Below are positions 39,813 through 51,300 of a stretch of DNA of 64,000 nt, piece by piece (positions within the stretch are counted from its first letter, which is position 1; each line of letters starts with the position of its first letter). A program made the translations under genes and the position numbers. This DNA is from Selaginella moellendorffii (Eukaryota; Plantae; Lycopodiophyta). The notes under the pieces were generated by a model that searched no databases, was not told the DNA's origin, and was given only the letters and a program-made list of their open reading frames with translations. Location: assembly GCF_000143415.4 (NCBI RefSeq), contig NW_003314314.1, positions 1,245,771 through 1,309,770 on the forward strand. Direction: 5' to 3'.

Positions 39813-42800
39813 ATGGGAGCCGACAGTGTGTTGAAGATGGCCAAAGGCGTAGCGACCTGGGAGTTTCCCGCCCTACAACGCGTAATGAGGCTGTCAGCTA
39901 AGTCCTGCCGTCGAACTCAACCGAAACATAGTCCTCGGACTGCACCAGTTACCGCGCCTCAGGTTCCAAAATCTTCACGAAAAGTAGCTGCTGAATTAAG
40001 CGTGTTGATGCTGAAGTTAGAGACAGATTTCATGGCAATTACTGGGGAGGAGGGCCGAGAAAAATGGAGATGTTTCATGAGAGAAGGAACCCTTATTGAG
40101 GCCTGGCTAGATAGAATGCTACAAGAATCTGAACACAAGTAAGTACTAAAAGGATTAAACATAAACTATGGACCGTCGAATGGTACTTTATTTCTTGAGT
40201 TATAACAGGGCTGCGCATGGCGATACCAATAGTAGTTTACAGGAATACGGTCTATCGAGGGTACAACTCGGTATCTTAGGTCTCTCTGAAAGTCAGATTG
40301 ATAGAGCATATCGCATGCTATATGTCTACTCTGTTGGTTGCAACGAGATGATCAAAGAGCTTTGCCTGCACAGCCTCGAAAAGGCTGTGCTTGTTGGCTC
40401 CTTCTGGCGTGCCTTCATACATCTTTGTGAGGGACATTCTAAGGTAAATAGCAGTCTTTAAATTCTTGAATTCCCGCCTGTTTCACTAGGTCGAACTTCA
40501 AGCGGAGATTGCTGAGCTAGCAGAGGACAAGAAAAATGCTATAGACGAGTTATGCATGATGCGAGGTTGTTTGAACGAAGCATTGGATGGCGTAGCTCTA
40601 AATAGGCTTTTAGCAAATGAGGATTGGGAAGTCACTGATAATATAGAAGCAACCACTCTCCCAGGAAACGGAGATATTAGACAGGTATATTTGGCATTTA
40701 GATGAATGCTCTTTAGTTTGCTATCACCTGCCTGCTATCAGCTGGATGAAAAAACAGGAGAACATGACCTGGATATTTTGACAAAAAGATGTGAGCATTT
40801 GAATAAAGAAAGAGAAGAGCTTCAAATTCAGGTGAGACCGCAAATAGGCTCAACTGATTCATTAACTGCGGAAGTTTATTCAGCTAGACGAAACTTCAAG
40901 ACAATTGCGAATGGAGCATTCAGCATTAAATCTCACCACTGCTAAAGAACGAGAGAAAACGGGAAAGGTGGTTCAATTAGAAGAGTAAGTATATGTAAGA
41001 AATATTATTTCTTACGAACTTCTACTTTTTTCAGAAAACTTTTTCAGGCGAAAGAAGCTCTAGAGAGGGAAAGAAGTGAAGCTCATCATTTGCGTGAGTT
41101 ATGTAAGAAACTGGAGCATGATGTAGAAGAAACTGAACAAAAGACAGCGGAGATTACTTGGAAGTTTGTGCAGTATGATCGTGATTTTCCTGTTCTACAG
41201 AAAGAGGTACTGCTGTAGAGGTCTTACTTCTTTATTTAATGTTTTTCTTTTTTGTTTCAAGCATTAACAGGTGACAGAAAAAAGACACCTTGCTCAAATG
41301 CTCGAAAATGTGAATCAGCATGTTGAACAGGAATGCACGATATTGAAACATAGAGTTGAGCACCAAGATGCAGCGTTGGTGAGGCTGAGAAGGCAACTTG
41401 ATACTTATGAGAAGGCAGTGAAATTTCTAAAAGACGAGGCTAAAGAACATACTCGACTTTTTGAAGATAAAACACGAGAGGCCATGTTAAATGGAGAAGA
41501 AGTTGAAGCATGGATTTTTGGGCATGAAAAGTTGCTTGACCAACAGCGCTTGTTGCTGTCTCACACCGAGAGCTTGAAAAGGCAACTAAAAATAGAGCGA
41601 ACGGAAAGGATAAATGAAAAACAGAGTCTAGAGGCAAAAGTGCGGATGCAACAGGAGAGTTTGAGGGCTTTGACAGTGGGAATAGCATCTCTCACTCCTC
41701 ATAGAGTTTTTGGAATTCCTAAAGTGTCGATATTATCAGAGGTAAGCATAGAAACTGAACAGTCCCGAGCTGAAAGAAGGCTTTCAAGGAGGCTCTCGAG
41801 AAAAATGTCTCGGAGGGGAACAGAACTGGCAAAGAGAGCATCTGAGTTCTTAAAAATCCAACAGCCAGGAGAAGGCAGAATAAGCAAGGAAAGCGAGCTT
41901 AATGAAATTTCGGAGTCAGATTTGAATTCTGACGAAGAGTGGGATGACCTGTGCTCTGAATTATCACAACAACGAGAAGAGATGGAAAAGATGGAAGGTA
42001 ATCTTAAGGAAGAGAGAGATAGACGGTGCTGGATGGAAAGGCATGTAGAAGCTTCAGTGAAAGAAGCTGAAAGGCTAAGGTCTGAAGTTAAGCAAACAAA
42101 TACTAGAATTGTCAATCTTGCCATAGAAAAGAAAAACAAGGAAAAAAACCTTCAGATTGCTGAAGAGCAGATTCGTAAGCTTGACAGGCAGCTTGAGAGC
42201 ATGGAATTGACTCTCGAGAAGAAGAATGCAGAGATTGCTATTCTTAACAATATTATTATTAGGAATCTAGAAAGGCAAGCTCACTGTGCTTCAACATGTA
42301 AACAACTTCTAGCAACAGGCGCCAAGTTGCTAGAGGACGGTATGGTCCAGGAAATGAACGTAGTAGGTAGCAAAGTATCTATTTTAATGGAAACTGTAAG
42401 GCTGCTCAGGAACAAGGTGACAAAGGCAGGTATGGAAATAAGAAGTTGGAAGCTGAAAATGAAAGCGGCAGATGGTCAGAATGCAGCTATGTTAGCCGAG
42501 ATGAAAACCCTGAAGAGCGAACTTGAGTCAAGTAGCACGGATAAGATAAGCCTTGATTTCAAGCTTCAAAAGGAGGAGCAGTGTAGAGCAAAAGCGGAAG
42601 AAGAGCTAAACAGGGTACTTAAGGCGTCGGCTGATTTGAAACTCGACCAAGTGGTTCTTGAAGTGCACCTCGAGTCTTCCTTAAACAAAATCATGCAGTT
42701 AGAGATGAAAAATTACAAAAGTCAGGCGAAGCTGGAGGAATGTGATCGAAATCTAAACGTACTGCAAAATCAGAAAGAGAAAGAAGATGCAATTCGTGGG

Positions 42801-42890
42801 ATTTTGCAGTCAGAGGTCGATGCCTTGCGGCTGGAGGTGGAAGGACTAAGGCGTCAGCTTTTGGTTACTAAGTTGAACCTTCCGAAATAG
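39813..42890 (+). CDS. Long coiled-coil protein of unknown function, multi-exon
   Basis: Series of GT-AG-bounded ORF segments ending in a 539-aa E/K/L/Q-rich heptad ORF (41271-42890). Exon boundaries are approximate. Confidence 0.7.
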
Positions 42891-43037
42891 TAGTAAAGTG
42901 GTAAAACTCTCAACTTTAGGATCCCATTATTGCATTGACCATCAAGAAATTTCTTGTCTCCTGTCTGCTCGCTTAAGTTTATAGAAGCCACCTTCCTTTT
43001 CTCAAGAATATACCTTTGTCTGTTATTAGGTCAGACC

Positions 43038-44050
43038 ATGGTTGGAAGTAGCGCATCCACGAGTGTTATAAACGAAGCAGCCTGGATGCACCATGGCAGT
43101 TCATCGCCAGCATGTAAATCTGGTATTGCTGAGACAGCAAATACCGGCGATCTTATTGGGTCGCTGGAGAATATGCGCAAAGAGAATGAGGATCTTTGTG
43201 CTACTCTAGATACGTACAAGAAAATTCTTAACGATTCGGGTAGGAAGGGCATCACCAATTTTTCCGATTGCCCTTCTAATGTAAGTTTCTTACTTTTGCC
43301 CCAGTTTTCTATTTTAATCTCATGTGTTTCAGCTCTATGAACAATTAAGAGACAGAGTGGAGTCAGTTTCCTTCCTTCAAAAGTTGGAAGAGATAAAATC
43401 AACTGAAGATGCCGTTACCTCAATTGATCTACCACTTGCTGGTAATTCTTTCCTCGTTTAGATGCTACAACTGGTTGTAAGAATGCAGAGGATGATCTCG
43501 TAACAGCTGGCATTGATGATCCAAGATGGTGGGTGTGGGTGTCGACTGACCTTTTTGGAGGTGCCAATGAAGATGCTGTGGAGGGAGAATATACACTAGT
43601 GAATGAAAACGATATTATTGAAGGAATTGCAGCATTTCTGGCCAGATACATAACAAGCATTCCAAAGTCAAAGGTATGCTCTGTGTTCAAGATTTAACTA
43701 AACTGTGGTTTTCTTCTTACAGACTATGACGCCAAATCAACTCCAAGATGGTAAACTTGATACATTAAGGCTGATTCATTATTTCTGATTGTTACGTTGG
43801 AGTGTAGCAATTGCATTAACATTTAAGCATATGGAGAATAAGGGACAATTATGGAGGCTGTGGCAGATGGGAATGTTTCTATATAGCACAATATCATGGG
43901 GAACAACGGCTTTCAGGTCTTTTGTCCAATTTATTAAGTATTTTGTTTGACTTTTCCTTTTGTAGGTTCACCACCCATCCTATGATTCTTCGTGCCTTTC
44001 TCATCACAGTTTCAACATCAATGAAGTTCTTTCTAAAAATAGTTTCATAG
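43038..44050 (+). CDS. Conserved plant protein of unknown function with a hydrophobic C-terminus, multi-exon
   Basis: Spliced translation IDDPRWWVWVSTD..ENDIIEGIAAFLARYITSIPKSK|TMTPNQLQD|..LWRLWQMGMFLYSTISWG resembles a plant family I recall (DDPSWWVWV..VDGVANFMA..LTPEELQ). TAG at 44048-44050. Confidence 0.7.
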
Positions 44051-44144
44051 TAGATAAAATTTAAGTTATCTCAGTTTAGAAACTCGAAAATGTAGAATTT
44101 TAAACAAAAACAAAAATCAAAAGGCTAGGCTATATAGACATGTA

Positions 44145-44169
44145 TGTATATATATATATACATATATAT

Positions 44170-44222
<53 letters not shown>

Positions 44223-44231
44223 CATATATAT
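44145..44231. repeat. Compound (TA)n(CA)n(TA)n microsatellite
   Basis: Directly visible. Confidence 0.95.
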
Positions 44232-44429
44232 GGGCAAGGCATCATGAGCCTTCGATGTCAAATGACCAACGAATATTGGCTTGGTGCTAAGGATGAAATT
44301 GTAATCCATGATGGGGTTACTTTATAAAATGGTTTATCATTTGATGATATCAAACTTTGTCTATAGGTGGTGGAGTTGTAGTATAAAAATCCTTAAACCC
44401 TAAAGTGGAGCCAAAAGTGTGCTATATAC

Positions 44430-44757
44430 TTAAACTCCATCTCAGACTCCTTCTTGGACTCCATCTCGGACTCCTTCTTGGACTCTATCTTGGATTCCTT
44501 CTCAATCTCCTTTTCAGACTCCATCTCGGACTCTATCTTGAACTCCACCTTGGACTCCATCTCGGACTGGACCTGACACTTCCATGTGTCATGACACTTG
44601 CGATGTGTCAGTCCTTCTTGTCTCCCTTTCTAGAGAATCTTTGACCAATCACTTCATGCTCATTCCTTGAGCACTTCATTTAGAGCCACTCCCACTCTTG
44701 TTTTTCTGGGTAAGAACTTTTGGTCCCAATGTGTTGTGCTCATTAGACTTTGTTTTG
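44430..44757. mobile_element. LTR-like fragment (family H) with a GACTCC-type array; related fragment at ~29015-29165 ends next to a PBS-like TGGTATCAAAG
   Basis: Shared CACTTCCATGTG..CATTCCT(C/T)GAGCACTT; similar to the end of LTR-B. Confidence 0.5.
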
Positions 44758-44869
44758 ACTGAGTTAGGGGGCAACCTCTTTGTCTAACGCGGATGCTAGT
44801 ATAGATTTTTTTATTAATTTTCTCTTTTTTATAGATGAGTTCTGAAACAATTACTACTCATCTAATCTC

Positions 44870-45119
44870 AGCATGTGATGTGATTTCTTTAGCCAACCAA
44901 TAGAGTTAAATCTAACACCTTTTTTATACCAAATGTAAGCTCTTGAACTTAAACTTCTTTAAAGGTTATCTAACCTATTATTTTTCAAACCCAAGGATAT
45001 TTAATTTTAACACCATTAACCATTTGGGAAAATAAGTGTACTTTTGTTTATGGGCCCTTTCTTTTTATATTTAAACCCTTATAAATCATCTATTGAGTCA
45101 TTCTTTTTGGTTTTTTATA
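44870..45119 (-). mobile_element. Degenerate Cassandra fragment (LTR ~44934-45119 plus PBS-side internal region)
   Basis: Aligns to 46990-47247 with many C>T changes. Confidence 0.7.
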
Positions 45120-46654
45120 CTTTAAAATGCCAAATAAAAGAATAAAAGAATGAAGATAGAGTTTTGTTATAAATCTCAAGCTATCCCTATGCTTTTTCCC
45201 ATCTTGCTACACCAAAGCCTCAATTCCTTGCACCTTCACTCATCACTCTTATATTAAGGCTTTTTTTTTTTAAAGGTATAGGGTTAAAGCCATTTGTTTT
45301 TAATAGCTACATTGCATGATAGCTCTTGGTAAATCTAAGATGGATTTAGAGAAGCAAACTGAGATGAAGTCCAAAATGAGAAGGAGTCTGATATAGAGTC
45401 CAAGATGGAGTCCGAGAAGGAGTTTATAAGGAACCAACTCCCCGAGGTGTTAAAGGCTAAAGAATCCCTGAAAGCATGACCAAAATGATAAAGAGTTCAT
45501 TGGATGAGATTGAGTCCGAGATCAAGTCTAAGACCAATTTTGAGACTGAGTTCAAGACCGAGTCTGAGATCGAGTCCAAGACTGACTCTGAGACGTTTGA
45601 GATCAAGTCCGAGACTAAGATCAAGACAGAGTCTGAGATTCAAGATCAGGTCTGAGATTGAGTCTAAGTTGTGCTTCCAAACTGACTTGAGGTTGAGACT
45701 AGGGTTGAGGGGCCTTGGGTGGGAGTGAGCATGGACTCGGGTAGTGCTAGAGGGGCCACCTAAGGAAGTGCTCAAGAGCAGCTCCCACTCTTAAAAGGGA
45801 AACCAACTGTGGTGCTCATAGCTCATATGGAGTGGTGCCCCACTTGAGTACCTTGGGGGCTTGGGCCTTCCCTTCGGGATGGAAATGGGGGAGTAGGGTT
45901 ACCCATACCCAGCCATTAGGCCATAGTGTTTCCCCCTAGTGTCCTGAGGCAAGTGTGGCACCCAATGCTTAGGATTTAAAGGTCCCATGATCAAGTCTTA
46001 TCATACCAAGGGATGTTAGGAATCTAGAGGCTTGGTGTGCTTAGTTGTTTGTGCCTGTGGGGAGTGTAACCAAACCTTAAGTTCAGCCTACACAAGGAGG
46101 GGGATTGAGAGAGAGTTTGGGAATCTATGGATGGATGGCTAACCCTCTGTTGCTTGTGCAATGAGTTGCTGAAACCAAGTAAGACCAAGTAGGATCTAGT
46201 ACAATAGGCAGGAACTTTGGCATGGGAACTTAACTAAGGCCAAGACCGTGGTGGTCAGATAGATAAGGTAAGCTAACAAATTAGAAAGGAAAAATTTATA
46301 GCTTACAATTTGGTATCAGAGCCTTTTCCTTATTTCTAGCGAAGGATACAGGTGGATTGCTGGGAGATGGCAAAGGTAGGGTGTAAAAAGACCAAGGCGG
46401 AGATGGAACCTCCTCCAAAGCTAAAGCCTCCAGTTGAACAAAAAGTTATGGATGAGGAATCCTTGCATGAGGAGGACTCCAGTGAAGAAACTTCCAAACA
46501 AGAGTTTAGTGGTGAGGTTTGGTCATCCAAGGCTAGATTGGACGTTCTAGAAGGATAATTGGCACAGACTAATGCCCTATTAAAGACTCTCATACGCAAG
46601 CTAAAGTGTAACAAGAAGCAGAAGGAAAAGTAAAAGATTGCATATGCTGGCAGT

Positions 46655-47247
46655 TGTAAGCTCTTGAATTTGGACTTTCCGGGAGGTCACCCAACCCAGT
46701 ACTATTCAAACCCAAGGACGCTTAACCCCAAATATCCCAAGACCCTTAACCGTTTGGAAAAGGGGGTGCATTCTTGTTCATGGGCCCTTTCCCTCTATAT
46801 TTGAACCCCATGGATCGTCTCTCGAGTTGTTCCCTTTGGTTGCTTACAATCCACCACGCTTCCCTGCAAGTTCACACCCTCATGAACGGAAGCTGAGAGC
46901 CGCAACTCTCCCGAGAGCCTCGCTCTCTTGACACCCTACCCCTCGGGTCGAGCCTAGCGGGAGCAAACTGGACCAGCCAGATGTCAATCAACATGTGGTG
47001 TGATTCCCTTAACCAACCAACAGAGTCGGACCCGAGACCTCTCTGATACCAAATGTAAGCTCTTGAATTTGGACTTCTCGGGAGGTCACCCAACCCAGTA
47101 CTATTCAAACCCAAGGACGCTTAACCCCAAATATCCCAAGACCCTTAACCGTTTGGAAAAGGGGGTGCATTCTTGTTCATGGGCCCTTTCCCTCTATATT
47201 TGAACCCCATGGATCGTCTCTCGAGTCGTTCCCTTTGGTTGCTTACA
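46655..47247 (-). mobile_element. Intact Cassandra-type TRIM (593 bp): 194-bp LTRs carrying a 5S rRNA-like segment, 205-bp interior
   Basis: LTRs 46655-46848 and 47054-47247 differ at 3 positions; exact GCAGT TSD; PBS TGGTATCAGAG. The minus strand reads GTTAAGCGTCCTTGGG..TAGTACTGGGTTGGGTGACCTCCCG..AAGTCC, matching the 5S A-box/IE/C-box region. Confidence 0.93.
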
Positions 47248-48314
47248 GCAGTATAGAAGGGGTGGAGCCTTTAGTGGGGATTGAGATGGAACCAAACAAG
47301 GTCGAACAAACCGATGTGGAATCAGTCCTTCAGGCAGTTCCCAAGTATAAACCAAAGCCCCCACCAGTCTTTAAGGGAGTGAATGACTATAAGGTGGTGG
47401 AGGATTGGTTTTACGATATGGAGGATTACTTATGAGCATTACGGTTATTGAGCTTAGAGAAAGTCCCATGTGCAAAACCATAATTAGCAGATAATGCCAA
47501 GTCTTGGTGGAGAACAATAGAAGCCAACGAAGGATCAATGGCCACTTGGGAAATGATGAAGGTGAGGATCCATGCAACTTACATTCCTCCAAACCCTATG
47601 TGAGACACAAAATCCCTAGGCCCCAAAGTGGAGCTGGAAGGGTGCCATGTGGTAATGGCAGAAGTGGAAACCGAACGAGCGTAACACGTTTGGACTAAAA
47701 GCTCCGCCTTGAAAGGTCAAGAGCGGGAGTGGAACTCCCAACAAGGGCTCGAGGAATGAGCACGAAGCAAGCAATAAGCGAGGCTCTAAAAAGGGACCCA
47801 AAAGGACCAAGACGGAGTCCGAGATGGAGTCCGAGATGGACCGAGATGGAGTTCGAGATGGACTGAGACGGAGTTTGCGATGGAGTCCGAGATGGATCCG
47901 AGATGGAGTCCTAGATAGAGTCCGAGATGGAGTCCGAGATGGACCCGAGATGGAGTCCGAGATGTACCAAGATGGAGTCCAAGATGGAGTCCGAGATGGA
48001 CCCAAGATGGAATTCGAGATGGAGTCCGAGAAGGACCCGAGATGGAGTCTGAGGTCGAGACCGAGACCGGGACCGAGACCGAGACCGAGACCAAGACCGA
48101 GACTGAGACCAAGACCGAGACCGAGACTAAGATCGGGACCGAGACCGAGACCGAGGCCGAGGCCGAGGCCGAGACCGGGCCCGAGCCCGAGTCTGAGTCC
48201 GAGTCTGAGTCTGAGTGCGAGTCCAAGTCTGAGTCCGAGTCCAAGTCTGAGTCCAAGTCCGAGTCCGAGTTCGAGTCTGAGAGGGTGAAAGCCCAAAGCA
48301 TTAGTCTCCCAGAC

Positions 48315-51300
48315 TGTCGCGAATGTGACTTTGGGTATCGAAAGTTACCTGTCGACTAGTCCTTACGGACACTCTTACCTTACTGCCACGATGGCAGGAG
48401 GTCGGTATTGCTGGACCCATTATCAGTTCCCCACTTGAGCTAGTTGAGAAACTGGTCAATGACCGTGTACTTAGATCGGATAAACATAAGGTAGGAACCC
48501 TATGTGTTTCTTGCTGAGCATACTCGGCTTGGTTTGAGAAACTCCTGTCATTGGCTTGCACTTGCTAGTATCAAGAACCCCCGCGATATTGAGATTGGTC
48601 CCTCAATATCGCTAGATGATAGCTTACCGTGTCTGCCAAACACCCTCGCTATCATGCCCTTTGTGTTAGTCTCGTTTCGGTCCCAAATGCTATTTATGGA
48701 AAGTGTCCAGATTTGCTCATTTGGCATATCTACGGAATGTAGAGATCGTCTTGAACACAATGGTGTTCGTCCCGTGTCCAAATTCGCAATCTAGGGACAT
48801 TCCATATTTAGTAAGTTTCGAGCTTGTCCCAAAGACTAACTCCTGATACTAAGGGAGGCTTGGGGTGAAAGCCCAAAGCGTGTGTTCCTCAAGGGGGGGG
48901 GGGGCTGTGGGGGGTTCCAAATGTATAGTAGGGATAGTGGGTAGGTCGGGCATGGCCGACCAACCTGAGGCATAGTCTAGCTCCCGCTTGCGTGCCTGTC
49001 CTTGTTCTGCGTCCGGCTTGGGTCTAAGCCCAAGTTCCATTCCATGCTAGTTGGTGGAGTACCCATGTCCTCGCGTTAGGCCACCGGTATGCCAAAATAG
49101 CGCCAGACTCCGTTTGGCTCCGTTTTGCGTGCTGGTCCTGGCATTGGGATGCTGGTTACTCTAGGACTGTTCCAAGTCGCTCCGGGCCCCTGTCCCTTCG
49201 CTCCTTGGGCTTTACGCTTGGGAGTTGCTCCGTGGTTCGGTTCCGTCACTCCTTGGCTTCGTGCTTGGGAGTTTGGCACCGTTCCTTCGTTCAGTGGCCC
49301 AAGGCCCTGAACCTCGGGTTCCTATAGACACGTGGCATGGACACGTGGCATGTGACACGTGGCATCTGTCACGTGGCACAAAGAGGGTTTAGGTTCCGCT
49401 TTGTGGTGTTATCCTATGGTAAATCACCATAGGATAAAGGGTCAAAACCACGTGCGCTACATTTGGTATCAGAGGAGGACTCTCAGCGAGTACTATACAA
49501 TGAGATTGGGCAACTAGTCTCGTTGCATACGCAGAGATGAATACGATGATCCGAGTGGGTACACGTTTGGGTGCAAAGGCTTCGCAATCGTTCCTTGGGT
49601 ATGGATTGGTTACCTTGTTGTACCTTATGATGTGAGCTTGAGCTTGGGCTCATAAGAGGGAATAAGTTGTTCCAATTTGCACGAGTTTGCGCTTGGGCTC
49701 ATGAGTGAGGCGCATTAGCAACTCGAGGATATGCTTTGAGTTGGCAGGATTAATGTTAGCCTATCGATGGTTCCATGAGTTGTTCCTTGTACCGTAAGTG
49801 AAAGCAAACTTTCCCTGGGTTTGCTATGAGTAGCAAATAGGCTGGTCCGTAGCTGTTTAGCACGGCACTAGTGGATCCTTCCTAGGCATGGTTACAAGTG
49901 GATCAGTCAAGACTGTAGGGATTAGTCTATTGGTTCAAGTAATCATTGTCATGCTCTCTCATAAACTTTTCTTGGATTGGACTGAAGGCAGTGCGAAAGC
50001 AAGCTTGAGGTGTAGTCAAAAGATAAGACCGAAAAGAGAGTCGTCGGGGACGAAGGATCAAACACGTAAATCATCTTCTCTTCTTGGAGAGATGATTTGC
50101 AACGAGGGGTGACTCATTGCTCGTGTTCATATCATGCAATCAAGAGTCCCTATCTTGATGCATGTTGGAGATGATGGTCTTACAAATGGTGAGTTGTGGG
50201 ATGGATAGCGGTGAAGCGCTATACCATTTTGTCTAGGCTTGCTATAGGAAGACTTGGGTTGCAATGCTCAATTCTTTTCTGGGGAACCTTGCTATTGCTC
50301 CTTGAGTAGCTTGGTGTTGGATAAGTTTTGAGTTTGGTCGGAAAGAGAGTGGCATGAGCTTGTCTGTGTTGTGAACAAAAGTTAGTGGTGTTGGGTGTTG
50401 TAAATCTCTATCAGTAGAGTGTGGCATTTATGTTGCATTTTGTCGAATTGAGTTGGCACTTGATACTCACATAAACCTTTGAAGTAATGACATTGGCATT
50501 GCTAGTGGTGTTGCTCAATTGATGATCAAGTCATTGTAATTTCTATATCATATCCATGTGATAATGAGCAATGTGTTTACGAAGTTGCTTAGTTAAGCGA
50601 TGATCAACCCCAAAGTGGTTGATGGTGAAGCTAGTCTACTTGCATAAAGTAGCATTGTAATAGCTTTGACTGGATTCTCGTTGGTGGTCCATTATGCTAA
50701 GCTTAAGTTGGTTCCTTGTTTCCTTGAGTTTGCCCACTAAGGTGTTGGAAAGGGTTGTAGCATTCATTTGCTATAGCTCATTAGTTGATCCGTTAACACT
50801 TGGAGTAGATTATTGAATGGAGAAGGTGTGTAGTTGAGGCATTGACATCGCTAACACTTGTGTTAGTGGAAGTGGCATTGTTATTTCAAGTGATGAGGAT
50901 TTTCCTTAGAGCTTGATTTTCTATGTCATTTTTCTTGTTAGTGTTTTAGCTTCACATTGGATCTTGAAGGTGGTTGAAGAAGAGTGTTAATGCAATGTGG
51001 ATATCCGAAGATGTGGTCTTTGTGATCAAGCTTTGGATGTTCCATTTTGCATTTTACGGATGTTGGTGTTGGATGTCGAAAAAATGGGTAGAAAGATGTT
51101 CAAGACTTAAGCATACTATGGGTCATGAGAATTTGTGTTGAGGTGAACCTATGTGAAGTTGTTAGTAGGAGGAAGTTGGTTGAGTCTTGAAAGTTTGTAT
51201 CCCTGGACTGAGAGTCATTCTTTCTCTAGGATGGAAAATTTTCCACAAATTTTCTTAGACTTTTCCAATGGCTGATCTGTTATCACTTTGTTCAAAAACC

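Noticed and set aside
46670-46735. Free 5S rRNA gene
   Set aside because: Only the internal promoter part is present, inside Cassandra LTRs.
47810-48282. CRISPR-like appearance of the periodic repeats
   Set aside because: No unique spacers, no cas genes, eukaryotic LTR context.
48315-49461. Hammerhead ribozyme (retrozyme) in the LTRs of the non-coding element
   Set aside because: I found no CUGANGA...GAAA core with supporting stems by eye. CTGATGAG at ~23698 lacks the partner motif. An Infernal scan would settle it.
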